A stretch of DNA of 50,716 nt from IMG/VR virus record IMGVR_UViG_3300026319_000007, positions 1 through 50,716 of that record, one strand, 5' to 3'. Positions 48,188 to 50,716 of this stretch are shown piece by piece. The position numbers were made by a program, and so were the translations under genes. The first letter of the stretch is position 1. Every line of letters begins with the position of its first letter. The notes below the pieces were generated by a model. It was not told where the DNA came from, did no database searches, and saw only the letters and a program-made list of their open reading frames with translations. The stretch is from a virus. Its lineage: Duplodnaviria > Caudoviricetes.

Positions 48188-48538
48188 AGTTTTATCCTCT
48201 TTTATGTCTTTAAGTTCATACAATGTATCGAACAAAATTGACTAAACATTGCTTTTAATTGTTCTTTAACCTTTTGAAATGGATTTAAAATAGCGTTTAT
48301 AGAACGTTTACATTGTTTACATTTAACAAATTTTTTAGTTTTCATATTTATTTCTCCTTACCAAGATTGGTGATGCCTACTATGATGTAGTCGACCTTTT
48401 GGCTTGTTCCAATAATCAAACAATCGGTCATATGATACTAATATTTGTTTTTCGTTACGCCGCGCATTAACTAATGGTTTAATCATTATACCGGCACCAA
48501 TTATTAAACCGCATAAAAATATGTATAAGATTTTCATA

Positions 48539-49183
48539 TTATTTATCCTTTGTTAAATCATCAAAGTTTGAAGCACAAATATAATTACTGTCATTCGTTT
48601 GCTCATAGATCCATATATCTATATCATCTATGTTTTCCTCATTCTTAAGATGATGCTTTAATATGAAATTAAGTACCGCGCCTAGTTTATGCTTATGCGT
48701 TAAGTAATCATCATTTAACCATACATTAACGTCATTCGAGTAGGAGGATATAAACCCATCATATGACGTGTAATGATTTTTTAAGTATTCTTTAAACTCT
48801 TTTTTGTTAGTCTTTAAATATCCTCTAATGGCCTTCTCATTCTCTGAATCTAACGTATAGATTACATGGATGCTATCATTTGAAAAGTTATACTCTTTTG
48901 GTGAGGCTAGCTTTTCAAACTCATATTCTCCTATAAAACTGGCTTTCTTAAGATAATTTGACACAACCCTCGCGATATCTTCCGATAAGGTTTTAAAAAA
49001 GGTTGTATAATCCCATTTACAATCATCATAAGTAATAGGCTCTAATCCTTTTCTTTTCCTTTCGTTGTTTATGTTTTCAATTTCTTGGTCTTCTTGTCCG
49101 TCATCCCATAAAGAACCATAGAAACCATCGAACCCTGGCAACCAAGTTGAAACTTTGTTAAGTGTTTTAGTTTTCATACTCAT
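48539..49183 (-). CDS. Phage early hypothetical protein (SPKEYNFSND motif)
   Basis: 214-aa ORF with AAGGAG RBS. Confidence 0.7.
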   Translation of the reverse strand: MSMKTKTLNKVSTWLPGFDGFYGSLWDDGQEDQEIENINNERKRKGLEPITYDDCKWDYTTFFKTLSEDIARVVSNYLKKASFIGEYEFEKLASPKEYNFSNDSIHVIYTLDSENEKAIRGYLKTNKKEFKEYLKNHYTSYDGFISSYSNDVNVWLNDDYLTHKHKLGAVLNFILKHHLKNEENIDDIDIWIYEQTNDSNYICASNFDDLTKDK

Positions 49184-49319
49184 TTCTCCTTATTTCACAA
49201 ATACTTGATATTCATCTACTTCCCCGCAAAACAATTTGACAAGAAGAAGAATGAATCCCATATGCTTCAAGTCTTTGGCTTGATGTGGTGTTAATTTCAT
49301 TGTTCGGATGAGGGTCATA

Positions 49320-49691
49320 TTATTTTCCTCCTTCGGCTTGGGCGATGATTTTTCTAATAATAGCTACAATTTTATTTAACTTTTCTGCGTCGGTTCCTTC
49401 AGCATCTTCCCAATATTGAACCTCATGTTTGAATGACAATCGAAGTACTTCTTTCGCCGCTTCCAACAATACCTCATGGTTGTTGACGGCGCGGACGATG
49501 AATTCGTCTCCGTGATAAGCACGAAGGCGTTCAATGCAACGCAAATACGCATCGCCTTTTGTGTCGAAGTAGTCTAACTGAGACAAGCTATTGTCCCTGC
49601 CGACCACCCACTGTTTACTTTCACTTCCGTACACCTCCTTAACTTCAATTGAGTCGAACGCTACTGTGTGTTTCTCAATTTTGGTTTTCAT
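49320..49691 (-). CDS. Early hypothetical protein (paralogue family)
   Basis: KHT...VRAVNNHEVLLEAAK...IAQAEG; AAGGAG RBS. Confidence 0.65.
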   Translation of the reverse strand: MKTKIEKHTVAFDSIEVKEVYGSESKQWVVGRDNSLSQLDYFDTKGDAYLRCIERLRAYHGDEFIVRAVNNHEVLLEAAKEVLRLSFKHEVQYWEDAEGTDAEKLNKIVAIIRKIIAQAEGGK

Positions 49692-49695
49692 AGTT

Positions 49696-50094
49696 TTATT
49701 CTCCTTTGGTTTGGGTAATAACTTCTTTTAAGGCGTGCCATTCCTGAAGAACAGCACCACCAACAATGCTTGGATCAATGACAGTTGCCAATCTTTTCGC
49801 TACTTTCAATAACGCTTTATGAGAATTTTTAAGCATTTTTATTTCTTCATCTTGTTTATTTATCGTGTTTAAATATCCATGAAGATCTGCTTGATCCTGA
49901 TCATAATTATTGACGGCACGGAATGCCTTCTCAACGAGTGGATTGTTTTTTCCCCATACTTTTTTAAGGACATCTGAAATTGCCACTGCTTCCATCGTTG
50001 TATCTGCCGGTGTATGCTTCAGCCGTGGATAACAATCTTCACAATTTCCGTCTTTTTCATTAATCATGTGTTTTACTTCTTTTTTTTGTTTCAT
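49696..50094 (-). CDS. Early hypothetical protein (paralogue family)
   Basis: KHTP...RAVNNY...NSHKALLKVAK. Confidence 0.6.
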   Translation of the reverse strand: MKQKKEVKHMINEKDGNCEDCYPRLKHTPADTTMEAVAISDVLKKVWGKNNPLVEKAFRAVNNYDQDQADLHGYLNTINKQDEEIKMLKNSHKALLKVAKRLATVIDPSIVGGAVLQEWHALKEVITQTKGE

Positions 50095-50241
50095 TTAAAC
50101 ACCTCGCTTTGAAACATAGAACTTTCTTTCCGGATATCTGGCTTGAAGCTTCTTAAGCACGTCCAAAGCTCCATATTTGGTCAAGGCCGTCAGCATCAGC
50201 CTATCAGAGCCCTCTTCTTTGATCAAGTATTTCTTTTCCAT
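50095..50241 (-). CDS. First early gene, 48 aa (MEKKYLIKEEGSDRL...)
   Basis: Read by hand; stop abuts the next ATG. Confidence 0.55.
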   Translation of the reverse strand: MEKKYLIKEEGSDRLMLTALTKYGALDVLKKLQARYPERKFYVSKRGV

Positions 50242-50246
50242 GATTA

Positions 50247-50275
50247 AGCATTGGTCCAGAAGTTTAATTTGTCAA
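50247..50275 (-). promoter_or_regulatory. Candidate early promoter (TTGACA-17-AATGCT)
   Basis: Perfect -35, weak -10; sits at the head of the minus arm. Confidence 0.4.
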
Positions 50276-50716
50276 GGCCTCTGTCAAAAGAATTTTACCT
50301 TGATAATCAATACTTTGTATGATTTTTTGAAAGTTTACAAAATTGTTACAACTCGTTGGTATTAAAAAGGCTCTAAATACTCAATTTATTGCGTTTATTC
50401 GACATTATCGAACCTCTGCAAAATAAATATATTTCTTTAAACTGATTGAGAATCTGTTCTTTTCTTATTAAAGCATTCGCCCTTATACCAACAAACAAGC
50501 TTTCTGCCTAGACTCATAGAAGGGGCATTGTGTTCAATTCATAAGCCCGACTTACTTCGGGCCATTGTCGGCCTGAGTCCATTCGCTTGTAGATAGCTGA
50601 AGGTGCCAAGATAAAGAAACACTTGGTAAGGGATAGCTTGAAGCACCAAGCCTAAGCAATGAAGCTTGACGAGACAGGGCAAGAGGGACGACTCAAAGGG
50701 CAATCATGAGGGGCCT

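Larger units (their letters stand above)
1..50716. mobile_element. Tailed dsDNA bacteriophage genome (podovirus-like), probably complete and circularly permuted
   Basis: Terminase-portal-scaffold-capsid-adaptor-nozzle-ejection gene order on +, replication and accessory genes on -, no host housekeeping genes, no integrase or tape measure gene seen. Confidence 0.93.

Noticed and set aside
48371-48380. TGATGCCTAC matches the 3' end of fluoride riboswitches
   Set aside because: No upstream GGnGATGG pseudoknot partner, and it lies antisense to local genes
50596-50626. CTGAAGG...GAAAC as a hammerhead ribozyme core
   Set aside because: Core should be CTGANGA, and the three required stems cannot be built
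1-50716. Stop-codon reassignment
   Set aside because: Core genes are full length and densely packed under the standard bacterial code
1-50716. Diversity-generating retroelement, integrase/att site or self-splicing intron
   Set aside because: No reverse transcriptase, recombinase or template/variable repeat pair seen; terL, MCP and polA are uninterrupted

Overview
The window looks like a complete or nearly complete ~50.7 kb genome of a tailed dsDNA phage, most likely podovirus-like, with two convergent arms. The + arm (1-25906) carries packaging and virion genes: TerS, TerL, portal, scaffold, major capsid, adaptor, nozzle-like protein, four large ejection/internal proteins, fibre-like proteins and a run of small beta-rich proteins. 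The - arm (26019-50241) carries early, replication and accessory genes: family A DNA polymerase, primase-helicase, PD-(D/E)XK nuclease, four HNH/EndoVII nucleases, dNMP kinase, NDT-like protein, methyltransferase, RNA ligase, metallophosphoesterase, a cyclic-phosphate-processing receiver-like protein, two proteases, an M15 endolysin, a 3D-domain protein and a sigma-region-4 HTH protein. The arms meet at a bidirectional terminator. I saw no integrase, tape measure gene, tRNA, rRNA or CRISPR array. The strongest leads are (i) a PolA with non-canonical substitutions around the nascent base-pair pocket plus a Cys4 insert, next to an NDT-like and dNMP kinase module; (ii) a candidate three-part RNA repair kit; (iii) a densely structured 330-nt leader before the major capsid gene and recurring intergenic palindromes; and (iv) a T8 tract that appears to split a Lar-like gene. 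All product calls come from reading motifs and synteny by eye; no database searches were run.
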